Shown: positions 26,370-36,259, numbered from the stretch's first letter. The stretch: DNA of 64,000 nucleotides from an uncultured delta proteobacterium (GCA_963759125.1 CAVWXN010000008.1:156556-220555); one strand, 5' to 3'. Numbers and translations are program-made. The notes: generated from the sequence alone by a model not told the origin.

Positions 26370-27956
26370 ATGCAATCTTTAGGTAGAGTGCTTTTCTTAA
26401 CTCTGCTAGCGTTCTTCATTGCCACCCCCCTCTATGCCGCCACCAAGGTATCGATGGATGTGAGCAACGAAAGAAACGTGCAGATGAATGTAAAATGCGT
26501 GAATTGCCATCTGAAAGAGAACAATTCACTGGTCCAGCAGTGGCGTCATTCCCCACATGCTGCTGGAAAAGACGGCCAGGTTGGCTGCTATAACTGCCAT
26601 GCGGCGGAAGAGGGAGAAATCACCGGCTACGAACACGAGGGTGCGTTTATCAAAACCGTACTGAGCCCCAAAGATTGCGGCTACTGTCACGAGCGTGAAA
26701 CAAAGGAGCAGCAGGCTTCTCATCATGCCGCTGCCGGACAGATCATGGCCTCTCTGGACAACGTGCTGGGCGAGGTAATCTGCTCGCTTGAGGACAAGGC
26801 CGATGCTGCAAACGGCTGTTGGCAATGTCATGGCTCCATTCTGACGGTTCTTAAAGACGACAGCGGAAAGCCATTGAAGAGGGCCTCCGGAGCCGTCATG
26901 TTCGATCCGATGACCTATCCCAACTCAGGAATGGGTCGCCTCAACCCGGACGGGTATGCGGGAACCTGTAATGCCTGCCACTCCAAGCACAGTTTCCGTG
27001 CCTCGATGGCACGCCAGCCAGAAAACTGCGGTAAGTGCCATCTTGGTCCTGATCATCCGCAGATAGAAGTTTACAACGAATCCAAGCATGGCATAACCTA
27101 TTACTCGGCAATGAAAGACGCTGGTTTCAACGGCATGAACATTATGAAGGCTGGCCAATGGGTCCTCGGCAAAGACTACTACTATGCCCCGACCTGCTCG
27201 ACCTGCCATATGGGCGCCTTCGTGAAACCCAACGGCGGAGAAGCACAAAACACCCATAATGTCGGCGACCGCCTCTCCTGGACCCTGCGTCCCCAGGTTT
27301 CGGTCAAGCTGAACCGGGCGGTATTTGCCGATGGAACCGAGAAGGACATCCCCGGTGATATTCCGCCGCAGCCTGGCTCTATGATCAAGTACAATGAATT
27401 CAAACAGGTCGACGGTACGTGGAAGCAGGTACCGGTTGAGAAAGAAGCCGTCGAGGTCATCAGCTGGGAACAGCGCCGGGAGAACATGAAAGGTGTATGC
27501 AATCAGTGTCACGGCAAACAGAAGATCGAGAATTTCTACGATCAGTTCGATGCCCTGGTGGTTACCTACAACGAAAAATTCGCCAAACCCGCCAAAATGC
27601 TTTACGGGATGGCTTCAGAAGATGGACTTGTGTTCGGTTCGACCTTCCACACCGAGCTTGGCTGGCACTGGTGGGAACTCTGGCATCATGAAGGACGACG
27701 GGCAAGGCACGGTGCCTCTATGGGTGGTCCCGACTACACCCATTGGCACGGTATGTACGATGTCGCCCACAACTTCTACTTCAAGTTCCTACCCGAGTTG
27801 ATGCATCTGGCTGAGAAAAAAGGTATGTCCGAGAAGTACGAAAAGGTTGTTGGAGAGATGCTTGCCAAGCCTGAACATGCCTGGTACAAGGAAGGCTTTG
27901 ACGCAGATGTGATGAAAGCAATCAAAGCCGAACAGCAGGATCGTTACAAGCAGTAA
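26370..27956 (+). CDS. periplasmic octaheme c-type cytochrome, hydroxylamine-oxidoreductase (HAO)-like family (tentative subfamily)
   Basis: 528 aa with a Sec signal peptide (LTLLAFFIATPLYAA). There are eight CxxCH motifs (CVNCH, CYNCH, CGYCH, CWQCH, CNACH, CGKCH, CSTCH, CNQCH). The heme spacing and the C-terminal block WWELWHHEGRRARHGASMGGPDYTHWHG match my recollection of HAO/epsilon-Hao-type proteins. Confidence 0.8.
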   Translation: MQSLGRVLFLTLLAFFIATPLYAATKVSMDVSNERNVQMNVKCVNCHLKENNSLVQQWRHSPHAAGKDGQVGCYNCHAAEEGEITGYEHEGAFIKTVLSPKDCGYCHERETKEQQASHHAAAGQIMASLDNVLGEVICSLEDKADAANGCWQCHGSILTVLKDDSGKPLKRASGAVMFDPMTYPNSGMGRLNPDGYAGTCNACHSKHSFRASMARQPENCGKCHLGPDHPQIEVYNESKHGITYYSAMKDAGFNGMNIMKAGQWVLGKDYYYAPTCSTCHMGAFVKPNGGEAQNTHNVGDRLSWTLRPQVSVKLNRAVFADGTEKDIPGDIPPQPGSMIKYNEFKQVDGTWKQVPVEKEAVEVISWEQRRENMKGVCNQCHGKQKIENFYDQFDALVVTYNEKFAKPAKMLYGMASEDGLVFGSTFHTELGWHWWELWHHEGRRARHGASMGGPDYTHWHGMYDVAHNFYFKFLPELMHLAEKKGMSEKYEKVVGEMLAKPEHAWYKEGFDADVMKAIKAEQQDRYKQ

Positions 27957-27980
27957 TTTATACCTGACTGACCTTAACCA

Positions 27981-28018
27981 GCCCCGGTATTCCGGATAAG
28001 GATACCGGGGCATTTTTC
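27981..28018 (+). terminator. intrinsic terminator after the octaheme cytochrome gene
   Basis: GCCCCGGTAT-TCCGGATAAGG-ATACCGGGGC hairpin followed by ATTTTT. Confidence 0.85.
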
Positions 28019-28031
28019 TGGAACTGCCAAA

Positions 28032-28634
28032 ATGAGAAACCATTTAATATTTATTACCATATTAGTGAGCGGGCTTCTGTTGAACAGAGCAGCGATCGGT
28101 TCACCCATCGACGAGGAAATTGATCGTGTCGCAGGCGAGGTCGCAGAGCTTAAGCTTGGTTTCGGCGACTATGTAGTAGGTAAGGCTCTCACCATGGAGC
28201 AAAAGGAAATGGCCCGCCAGAACCCAATCAAAAAATCCTTGCGAGGCACCTACAAATTCCAGGATAGCGATACTTTTGTGATCGCCGCCAACAACGACGA
28301 TATCGTTCTTGGGGTTTACCGACATTACCCGGAAAGCACGATGGCGGACATAAAGAAGATAATCGGCGGCCTGATGTTTGAATATGGTGAACCGACAGCC
28401 ACCGCCCACGATAAGATGATTTACTGGACCTATGACAAGACAGGAAAAATTGACCAGGATACCTTCGAGTTCCAGAAAAGCAATGGCGGCACAAAATCGC
28501 TGGCTACCATTAAATTTTCAAGCTCTGAACTAGTCAGCGGTGCAGCCAAGGAGGATGCACCCCCAATATCAGCCTATTTGATGATTACTTCAGATCCGCT
28601 TTCCCAACTCTTTCTTGCCCAGACGAAACAGTAA
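28032..28634 (+). CDS. hypothetical secreted protein
   Basis: 200 aa with signal peptide MRNHLIFITILVSGLLLNRAAIG. I recognise no family. It is translationally coupled (TAATG) to the next ORF. Confidence 0.55.
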   Translation: MRNHLIFITILVSGLLLNRAAIGSPIDEEIDRVAGEVAELKLGFGDYVVGKALTMEQKEMARQNPIKKSLRGTYKFQDSDTFVIAANNDDIVLGVYRHYPESTMADIKKIIGGLMFEYGEPTATAHDKMIYWTYDKTGKIDQDTFEFQKSNGGTKSLATIKFSSSELVSGAAKEDAPPISAYLMITSDPLSQLFLAQTKQ

Positions 28635-28879
28635 TGGTTAGACAATCCCCATTGAAAACCTCGATTCTTCTGCTTGCAGCCATGCTGCTGTTCACTTCCT
28701 GTGCAGCCACGACAACTGCTCCTGAGGAATCCGTTAAGTATCCGCGTAAACCAGCCGACAACCCGGAAAGGAAGTCTGGCCAGGCTATGCTCTTCTACGA
28801 GGCTGCCGAAGAGGACGCAGATCCGGGTAATGTCATCGTCATCCCGCCTGAAGAGAAAAAGAAGGAGAACATCCAGTAG
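28634..28879 (+). CDS. small lipoprotein (hypothetical)
   Basis: 81 aa with the lipobox-like signal LLLAAMLLFTSC. The mature part is acidic and Pro-rich. Confidence 0.5.
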   Translation: MVRQSPLKTSILLLAAMLLFTSCAATTTAPEESVKYPRKPADNPERKSGQAMLFYEAAEEDADPGNVIVIPPEEKKKENIQ

Positions 28880-28919
28880 GCAACAGGCAGCTTCTCGGTT
28901 CGGATCGCCATTAGGAAAA

Positions 28920-29249
28920 TTAAGAACACCGTCGGCAGTGATACTTGCGGTGGCTTTCGAGCGTCTTACAAATGTTATCCGCCGTTATTTGCAACCCTCT
29001 GGCCCGGTAGATAGCCACCAACTGCCCTTCAAGCAGATTGGCCTTCTCCAGTAAGAGCACCCTGCTCGTCTCATCGAGGGAAGAATAGGCCTCGATGATC
29101 AGATCCTTGATTCGCTCCAGGCTCAGCTCTCCGTTGCCTTCTTCAGGCAACGATTCTAACGATACCGGCAGGTACTGACGACTCACGGGAGTAGTTAGCT
29201 TCAGCAGGCGGACAAGTTTATTGGGAGTGATTTTCTTTAACAGGCTCAT
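28920..29249 (-). CDS. hypothetical protein
   Basis: 109-aa ORF with no clear SD and no recognised family. It is kept only because of its ORF length and intergenic position. Confidence 0.35.
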   Translation of the reverse strand: MSLLKKITPNKLVRLLKLTTPVSRQYLPVSLESLPEEGNGELSLERIKDLIIEAYSSLDETSRVLLLEKANLLEGQLVAIYRARGLQITADNICKTLESHRKYHCRRCS

Positions 29250-29622
29250 CTGTGTCGATCTGAATTTCGGGCTCTAATGAACTGTGTGGGCGGTTCGTCG
29301 CTGTTGACAAAATGGATCACGGCAGGGTACCTGCTGGTACTTGGCTGCATCCGATTTTACATATACAAAATTCGGACCATTCTGCTCTCTACCAGACCTG
29401 TCCGACAGAGCCTGCCAAATTACAACCTTAATCACCCATCAAGTTATTTGAGTCGTCCATTTCGACTAAACCTTCTACTAATTTACACAACACTTAGTGC
29501 ACCAAAGCGTCAGTTTGTGACGATTTTTGTCGGTTCATTTTGGACTTCATTAGGTGATGGCTGTTGACAGGGGTATTGCTAGCTCATAAGGTGAAAAGAA
29601 GATTGATTCTGTTGGCTCGAAG

Positions 29623-29899
29623 ATGAAAAAACTCACACCCAAAAACCTGAGATGGATCAAGGTCCTCCACCTGATCTGTGTGAGCTGTTGGCTAGGAGGG
29701 GCCGTGGGAAACGGCTAATGATGAATTTTCAGGCGAACTCGGCCTCGCCTCACCCGCCGATCAGGAGTATCTTTATAATCAGCGAATGAATTTGTGGTTC
29801 GGTACCTGGCAATGTCTGGTTCTGCTCCTCACTGTCTGGATATCGGTCTTCAAACCATGGCGCACATCCACCCAAAAATCTAGTACGGTAAAACGATGA
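29623..29899 (+). pseudogene. remnant of a small membrane protein (N-terminal TM segment, premature stop, then C-terminal TM segment in another frame)
   Basis: ATG at 29623 gives MKKLTPKNLRWIKVLHLICVSCWLGGAVGNG* (stop at 29716-29718). A second frame reads ...ADQEYLYNQRMNLWFGTWQCLVLLLTVWISVFKPWRTS...KR*, and its TGA overlaps the ATG of the next gene (ATGA at 29896-29899). Confidence 0.3.
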
Positions 29900-30306
29900 C
29901 ACATATTTTCACCTATGGGTCGCTGATGTTCGAACAGGTCTGGAAGGAAGTGGTGAGCGGAACCTATCGACATCACCCTGGAACCGTATCCGGCTTCATT
30001 CGCCTTTCAATACTCAATGAACACTATCCGGCCCTTCTGTCAGGTCCTGTCAATTCGACGGTGGCCGGTGTCCTCTACCTCGATATCGATTCAGGGGATC
30101 TGTCCCGGCTTGACGAATTTGAGGGAAGCTATTATGAACGCCGGATTGTCCAGGTCATGACCGACAACAATATCTTTGCGGCAGAAGCCTACGTCCTGAA
30201 AGACAGCTACCGCCATATAGCCACGGATACAGATTGGGACCCGGAGAAATTCAAGGATCAAGGTATCAACCAATTCCTCGGATCTTACTTTGGTTTTGAT
30301 CGCTGA
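29896..30306 (+). CDS. gamma-glutamylcyclotransferase / AIG2-like family protein
   Basis: 136 aa. The N-terminal motif is IFTYGSLM; further blocks are ...YPALL...VAGVLY....L..LDEFEG..YER. Confidence 0.8.
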   Translation: MTHIFTYGSLMFEQVWKEVVSGTYRHHPGTVSGFIRLSILNEHYPALLSGPVNSTVAGVLYLDIDSGDLSRLDEFEGSYYERRIVQVMTDNNIFAAEAYVLKDSYRHIATDTDWDPEKFKDQGINQFLGSYFGFDR

Positions 30307-30606
30307 CGAAAGGAATCCTCACTTTAAAACCTGTCGGTAATTATCACGATTTGTCCAAAACCTCATCGAGCCTGCGAGCGATCTTCTCCATCTGCTCTGC
30401 CGTCAGCCTTTCAGGCAGACTGGTTGGCAGCCGCTGGTTGTTGAGAAACGCAGCAAGCGCAGCATCAAAGTGTGGACCCTGGCCGGGAATTATGCTAGAT
30501 AGATGGCGCCTTGTCGGATGCGTTGTTATCTGTTATTGAAAAGTTAAAAGTTGCTGGAGTTGAATGGTCTGGCGGCCGGTTGAAAAGATTCAGGTTGGAG
30601 GGAGCG

Positions 30607-31740
30607 ATGTATAAAGTTGGATTTGTCGGCTGGAGAGGGATGGTCGGTTCCGTTCTCATGAACAGAATGATCGAAGAAGGAGATTTTCAGAGGTTCGAAC
30701 CTCATTTTTTCACCACCTCCCAGGCCGGTGAACCGGGCCCGGATGTCGGCCAGGGTGCAAATCCTTTGCAGGACGCAGGCAATCTCAAATTGCTTGCCAA
30801 AATGGATGCTATCGTCTCCTGCCAGGGCAGCGGTTATACCGACAAAGTCTTCTCTCAACTCAGGGAATCCTGGGCCGGCTACTGGATCGATGCCGCTTCC
30901 GCTCTGAGAATGAAGGAAGACTCGATTATCGTACTCGACCCGGTGAACAGGTCTGTGATTGACCGCGGACTGAACAGCGGCACAAAGAACTTCATTGGCG
31001 GCAACTGCACGGTATCTTTGATGATGATGGCTCTGGGCGGCCTCTTTGAGCGCGATCTGATCGAGTGGATCAGTTCGATGACCTACCAGGCCGCAAGCGG
31101 TGCCGGCGCCAAGAACATGCGTGAGCTGATTGCCCAGATGGGGGCGCTTGAATCGGAGGTATCTACCCTGCTGGCAGATCCCTCTTCAGCAATTCTCGAT
31201 ATCGATCTTAAAATCACTGCAAAGCTTCGTGACGGCTCCCTGCCACTGGACAATTGGGGAGTTCCACTGGCTGCCAGCCTGATCCCCTGGATCGATGTTC
31301 CCGTGGAAAACGGTCAGAGCAAGGAGGAATGGAAGGGCATTTCCGAGACCAATAAAATTCTGGGTAGGAGTGGTGGCAATATTATCCCCGTGGATGGGCT
31401 ATGTGTCCGTATAGGCACCATGCGCTGTCATTCACAGGCTTTCACGATAAAACTGCGTGAAGATCTGCCGATTGCTGAGATCGAAAATATCATAGAGGGG
31501 CATAATGATTGGGTCAAAGTGATAGCCAACGACAGGCAGATCAGCAGCCAGGAGTTGACCCCCACCAAGGTTTCCGGAACACTCGATATCCCTGTTGGTC
31601 GGCTGCATAAGCTGAATATCGGGCCCCACTATCTGACCGCCTTTTCGGTGGGCGATCAGCTTCTGTGGGGAGCCGCCGAACCGCTCAGAAGGATACTCGG
31701 GATAATCCTGGATTATGTGGATGAAAGCGGCGGAGCCTGA
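30607..31740 (+). CDS. asd: aspartate-semialdehyde dehydrogenase (E. coli-type long form)
   Basis: Start is chosen at ATG 30607 (RBS GGAGGGAG). [39 protein letters not shown]... and [33 protein letters not shown] closely parallel E. coli Asd. The track start at 30511 is an upstream extension. Confidence 0.95.
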   Translation: MYKVGFVGWRGMVGSVLMNRMIEEGDFQRFEPHFFTTSQAGEPGPDVGQGANPLQDAGNLKLLAKMDAIVSCQGSGYTDKVFSQLRESWAGYWIDAASALRMKEDSIIVLDPVNRSVIDRGLNSGTKNFIGGNCTVSLMMMALGGLFERDLIEWISSMTYQAASGAGAKNMRELIAQMGALESEVSTLLADPSSAILDIDLKITAKLRDGSLPLDNWGVPLAASLIPWIDVPVENGQSKEEWKGISETNKILGRSGGNIIPVDGLCVRIGTMRCHSQAFTIKLREDLPIAEIENIIEGHNDWVKVIANDRQISSQELTPTKVSGTLDIPVGRLHKLNIGPHYLTAFSVGDQLLWGAAEPLRRILGIILDYVDESGGA

Positions 31741-31783
31741 GCTCGGCTGAAGATACACCGCCGGACCCTGGATGCTGCAAAGC

Positions 31784-32335
31784 TCAGCTCTTTCCGATCC
31801 CCTGGCGAATCTGCTCAGCCAGCGAAGCACCCTGCTCGTCTGCCACCAGCAGTTTCGCCAGTGATCGTAAAATTTCTTGCACTATTGCTTTTTTCGGCCT
31901 ACTTGACAGCAGCTGAGTTTCCAGGGTCTTGATATCGATGACGAGCTCTTCGACCTGGCTGTAGCTGAACCCGCCCTCGACAGCTGCCTTTTTGATCTCG
32001 ACAATCAGTTGTTCGACCGCATTACAAACCTCGCGAGCCAGCACCTCGACCTCTCCCAGCGCAAATTTCGCCTCGCTCGAGGCGTCGGGCCCATCCGTAA
32101 TTTCCGCGTCAAGTAAGCGCAAACCAGCTGTCGTGATAGCTATATCGCCGGTGAGATTTTTCAACTCGGCGTATCCGTCGATGATGAGATCCTCCGCAAC
32201 GCTGCCGGCCTCCGACTTATCCAGGCCAAGAGCAGCTCCTATCTCGTACATTGAGACTTCAGCACTAACATCTCCGCCGCTCATCTGGTAAAGCTGCTGC
32301 AGATAATTGTTCATCTGTACATCCTCACTGCTCAT
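31784..32335 (-). CDS. hypothetical cytoplasmic protein (acidic, helical)
   Basis: 183 aa with a good RBS (GAGAGGTGGGA). I recognise no family. Confidence 0.6.
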   Translation of the reverse strand: MSSEDVQMNNYLQQLYQMSGGDVSAEVSMYEIGAALGLDKSEAGSVAEDLIIDGYAELKNLTGDIAITTAGLRLLDAEITDGPDASSEAKFALGEVEVLAREVCNAVEQLIVEIKKAAVEGGFSYSQVEELVIDIKTLETQLLSSRPKKAIVQEILRSLAKLLVADEQGASLAEQIRQGIGKS

Positions 32336-32391
32336 CTATCCCACCTCTCTGGTTGATGGTATTATGATTCTTATAAGGCCGAACTTTTGTT

Positions 32392-32829
32392 CTAGTGGTA
32401 CAAATTCCCCTGATGCTTGAGCCAGCCGTCGACGTGCTTTCCTGCCGGGTCACGGTGGGTCCAGTGGATGACTCCCCCTTTGTTGTTCCACTCATACTCA
32501 CCGAAAAATTCCAGCTTATCACCCTTCTTGATATTCTCAACCCGTGGGGCAAGATCGATATTGTGGGCGATCAACACGGTCTGACCAGCACTGATGCGCA
32601 GGATTATCCTTTGATGGCGACTTCCTTCGACATCATCTCTGAGTACTTTTTCGACCAGACCGGAGCCCTCAACCTGGAGATTGCTCAGCCGATTTTCATA
32701 AGCCGAACTTATCTTTGCTGCCCCTCCGGATTCTATCCCACCGCCACGGTTGAAGTACCCGGCCTCATAAAACGAAGCCAGAATCATTATCGCCAGAAGA
32801 ACAAAGATTACGATCTGTCTGTTTCTCAC
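32392..32829 (-). CDS. DUF3465-family protein (membrane-anchored or secreted)
   Basis: 145 aa. Sequence ...HQRIILRISAGQTVLIAHNIDLAPRVENIKKGDKLEFFGEYEWNNKGGVIHWTHRDPAGKHVDGWLKH matches the DUF3465 signature as recalled. The GTG start overlaps the stop of the upstream hydrolase gene. Confidence 0.8.
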   Translation of the reverse strand: MRNRQIVIFVLLAIMILASFYEAGYFNRGGGIESGGAAKISSAYENRLSNLQVEGSGLVEKVLRDDVEGSRHQRIILRISAGQTVLIAHNIDLAPRVENIKKGDKLEFFGEYEWNNKGGVIHWTHRDPAGKHVDGWLKHQGNLYH

Positions 32830-33617
32830 TTCACCTTTTCCTGCTGGAGTCTCGTTATAAAACTCTTTATTGAGGAGCTAAATGACGGAAAATTATCAAT
32901 AGTGTTGTGATAGGCACCTTCTATCACAACTTTCTCGACAATCCCCTGGTTAAAAGAAGAGATCAGCCCAGCACTGACTTTGGCGGGAATTATCTCGTCA
33001 CGCTCAGCAACCAGGGTGAGAACCGGTATATCGATCTGAGGCGCTAGAAGATCAGATTCAAAACGATCCTTCAACAATGGATTAACTGGCAGATAAGGAT
33101 AGTAATGGCGCGCCAGGGCAACCATGCTTGAGTAGGGGGTGACCAGAACCATCCCCTTTACCGGCCTCGCGGCAGCCAGATACACTGCTACCGCCGTACC
33201 CAGACTGCGGCCCATGACTATCACTTCATCATGTTCGGTCACCACACGGTCATAGAGGGCCAGCGCATCTGAAAACAGTGCCTGTTCAGATGGAGAACCG
33301 CTGCTGCCGCCGTACCCCCGATAATTCATCAGGTACAAAGTGAATTCTGGATAGATCCGTTCAAGCTCTGCACTGCTATGAATAACATTTTCGGCGTTGC
33401 CGCCAAAATAAAGCAGTACGGGCTTTGCTTCAGTCATCCCCCTCCAGACCTTCAGTTTCTGGCCATCGTTGTCCAGCCAGATGGATTGGAGTTCACTGGT
33501 TTTTGCTTCGGAATGGGGATAGTAGATCAGGCTTCGCTGGCGAAGATAGAGAAACAGACAAAAGCAACCGTAGGCAAGAGCGGCAAGAAAGAGTATCCAG
33601 AGGGTGACTTTTGACAT
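32826..33617 (-). CDS. alpha/beta hydrolase (membrane-anchored)
   Basis: 263 aa with an N-terminal TM helix. The nucleophile elbow is GRSLGTAV. The layout of the Asp and His regions is typical of the BAAT/DLH-like alpha/beta hydrolases. Confidence 0.8.
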   Translation of the reverse strand: MSKVTLWILFLAALAYGCFCLFLYLRQRSLIYYPHSEAKTSELQSIWLDNDGQKLKVWRGMTEAKPVLLYFGGNAENVIHSSAELERIYPEFTLYLMNYRGYGGSSGSPSEQALFSDALALYDRVVTEHDEVIVMGRSLGTAVAVYLAAARPVKGMVLVTPYSSMVALARHYYPYLPVNPLLKDRFESDLLAPQIDIPVLTLVAERDEIIPAKVSAGLISSFNQGIVEKVVIEGAYHNTIDNFPSFSSSIKSFITRLQQEKVK

Positions 33618-33676
33618 TGACTTTCAATCACCCGGAAATCCACAGACCAGTTCCGTATAAACAGATCTACCTTGCA

Positions 33677-34096
33677 TCACTCGTCTTCGATCAGCCGTTT
33701 TCCAAGACAAACAACCTCATCAGTTTTGAAACCATGCCGGTGATAGAAGTCGATCACCCTAGTATTTGAACCCCTCACCATGATATTGAGTTTGGGACAA
33801 CCCCTCTGCTCGAGCAGGTCGGCAATGTAATCTGTGATTTTTCTTCCATAGCCCCGGCCCTGTTGTTCCCCATCCACGGCCAGATAATAGAGCGAACCCC
33901 GATGGCCGTCGTAACCTCCCATCGCTGTAGCCACCAGGCTGGAATCTACAAGTCCGACGACAAACAACTCGGGATCGACCCGAAGTTTTCTGTCTATATC
34001 AGCCTCCGGATCATTCCAGGGCACCACCAGCCCGCTGCGACGCCAGAGCCTTATGACCGTCTGGCGGTCATCATTTTCAAACGGCCTGATGATCAC
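33677..34096 (-). CDS. GNAT-family N-acetyltransferase (YpeA-like)
   Basis: 139 aa. Sequence ...LYYLAVDGEQQGRGYGRKI...FYHRHGFK contains the acetyl-CoA-binding Q/RxxGxG/A motif. Confidence 0.85.
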   Translation of the reverse strand: MIIRPFENDDRQTVIRLWRRSGLVVPWNDPEADIDRKLRVDPELFVVGLVDSSLVATAMGGYDGHRGSLYYLAVDGEQQGRGYGRKITDYIADLLEQRGCPKLNIMVRGSNTRVIDFYHRHGFKTDEVVCLGKRLIEDE

Positions 34097-36257
34097 CGGT
34101 TCTTTTTCTTTCTTCGGCCGGCCAGGGCCTCTATGGTGTGCTTGACATCGACTTTCGAATCCCGTTTTTTCAGACCGCCTCTAAGTTGCATGATGCAGCC
34201 CGGGCAATCGGTCAAAAGCAGATCGGCCCCGGTTGCTTCGACGTTGTTCAATTTGTTGTCGAGAAGCTGGGCGGAAAGTTCCGGGAACTTGGCCGAGTAG
34301 GTGCCTCCGAATCCGCAGCAGACTTCCGATTCAGCAGCTTCAATGTAATCCATTCCGGCCGAACGCATGAGGTTCTTTGGCGCATCATGCACTCCGAGCC
34401 CGCGGCAGAGGTGACAGGGAGCATGAAACGTCACTTTTTTACCGTCCCCGTCAAAGTCCTCGGGAGTTACCTTGAGTACATCATGCACAAAAGATGAGAG
34501 GTCGATGACTTTGTCGCAGAACGATCCCGACTTTGCTCCGCCAGTTTGGGATTATCCTCGAACAGTACGGGATAGTTATGCTTCAGATGTGAAGCGCAGG
34601 AAGCACAGAGGGTGACGATATAATCGACCTCCTCATCTGCAAACGCCTTGAAATTTTGCAGGGCCACCTCTTTTGAAACCTTCTTGTCGCCCATCATTTG
34701 GACAGGAAGTCCGCAGCATGATTGCTCCATCGGAAAAATCATGGCTACATCGTGATCTCTGAACAGATCAACTGCAGCGATCATCTGCTCCGGATACACA
34801 AAATCCTGAACACACCCGGAAAACAATCCCACCCGGTATTTCGGGTTTTCGACCCGGGGCTTTATCTCCAGCCAGACGTCACGGAATGGTTTTTCGGCAA
34901 TGGCGGGCAGCGCTTTGAAGTCATGCTCTTTGAAAAACATCATCGGTAGATGCCGCATGAAGCCATCCTCGCCTGACACCGGCTTCTGGGCCCACTTGGC
35001 GGTCCTGAGCAGAGTGTGAAAGAGTTTTCTGTTTCTCATTATCTTGCCCAGCAGCAGACTCGGCAGCGGCTGACCGTCTTTTTCCTGAATCCGGGCATGA
35101 ATTTCCTTGATCAGCCGTGGCAGATCAATTCCTCCGGCACAGATATCCTTGCAGGCTTCGCAGTTGATGCAGTTCTGGACCAGGTGCTTGGCGTTTTCCT
35201 CACCATGGAAAAAGTAGGTGAGAATCAGGCCGATGGCACCGATGTATACATGTCCCATCTTGTGACCGCCGACCAACCGATATACTGGACAGACGTTGGC
35301 ACAGGCGCCGCAGCGCACACATCTGAAGACCTGAGAGAAGAGCGGGTCGGCCACCATCTCTCGACGGCCGTTATCGAGCAGTACGTAGTGAACTTCTTTT
35401 CGCTCCCCCGCACTGGCCCCGCACTGATTGGCGCCGGTGACCCAGGTCACATAAGAAGTAATAGCCTGGGCAGTTGCATTCCTGGTCAGCACCTTGACCT
35501 GGGACAAGGCATCACCGATGGTGGGAACCAGTTTGTCGATGCCCAGAAGCGCTACATGTACACGCGGCAGCGTGGTTACAAGCCTGGCATTTCCCTCATT
35601 GGTGACGATACCTATGGAGCCGCTTTCGGCCACTCCGAAGTTGGCGCCGGTTATACCCATCTCGCCTTCGGCAAATTTTCTCCTCATCTGGTTCCTGGCA
35701 ACCTTGACCAGTTTTTCGATTTCTTCATCCTCCTCCTTGCCGGTAACTTCCGAGAACAGATCCCTGACATGGTAACGGGAGAGGTGAATGGCGGGCATAA
35801 CCATGTGCGATGGCGGCTCATCACGAAGCTGAATAATCCATTCGCCCAGATCGGTCTCCGTTACCTCAAAGCCTTCAGCGACCATGGCATGCACCAGGTG
35901 AGTCTCCTCCGCGGTCATGGATTTGGTTTTTATGACTTTTCGACAACCCGCCTTGAGGCCGATTTCGTTGATTATTGCATTGGCTTCATCGGCGTCTTTG
36001 GCATAGTGAACGACCACACCGGCTTCTTCCGCTTTCCTGGTAAACTGCTCCAGATAGTGGTCGAGACTTTTGAGTGTCTCATCCTTCATATCGGCAACGT
36101 CTGAAACAAGCTGTTCCACATCGATTTCAGAAAAGGCGTTGTCCCGTCCAACCCGGTAGGCGACGGCAAATTTGTCCAGGGCCGAACGCAGGTATTCGTT
36201 ATCCAGAGACTCCTGGCATTCTTTGCGGTAGGTTTTCAGGCTTTTTGCTTCCGGCAT
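34093..36257 (-). pseudogene. fused LutB-LutA-like lactate-utilization Fe-S oxidoreductase (LUD domain + 2x[4Fe-4S] + two CCG domains) interrupted by an apparent 1-nt frameshift at about 34520
   Basis: ORF 34467-36257 encodes a LUD/DUF162 domain, CVRCGACANVCP and CINCEACKDICA clusters and the first CCG domain (FSGCV...CCG). ORF 34093-34488 encodes the second CCG domain (HAPCHLCRG...CCGFGG...TDCPGC). In the frame of the second ORF, the codons upstream of its ATG read FCDKVIDLSSFVHDVLKV and join ...NPKLAEQSRDR if one nucleotide is restored in the AA run at 34520-34521. Confidence 0.75.
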
Positions 36258-36259
36258 GA

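Noticed and set aside
30343-30520. Minus-strand protein-like frame ending ...MEKIARRLDEVLDKS* between the GGCT gene and asd.
   Set aside because: It has no start codon apart from an ATG 15 codons before the stop, and a TAA closes the frame upstream. It is treated as a remnant (mentioned in the decay finding), not as a gene.
30511-30606. N-terminal extensions of track ORFs: asd from 30511, hslU to 58471, hslV to 58977, xseB from 59988, SBP from 49916, yhhQ to 21186, and paralogs to 4212 and 11313.
   Set aside because: Internal ATGs with good SD sequences reproduce the canonical N-termini of the families (for example [14 protein letters not shown] for Asd). They also remove overlaps with neighbouring genes or riboswitches.
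35016-36104. 362-aa ORF on the plus strand, with similar long shadow ORFs at 38386-39096, 16962-17648, 17576-18112, 7048-7560, 9411-10001, 55358-56017, 56066-56659, 57564-58121, 62716-63165, 43770-44279, 47012-47515 and 23503-24063.
   Set aside because: All lie antisense to, or out of frame within, genes with unambiguous family signatures. Their compositions are typical of shadow frames (Arg/Gly/Pro-rich or His/Val-rich), and they have no RBS.
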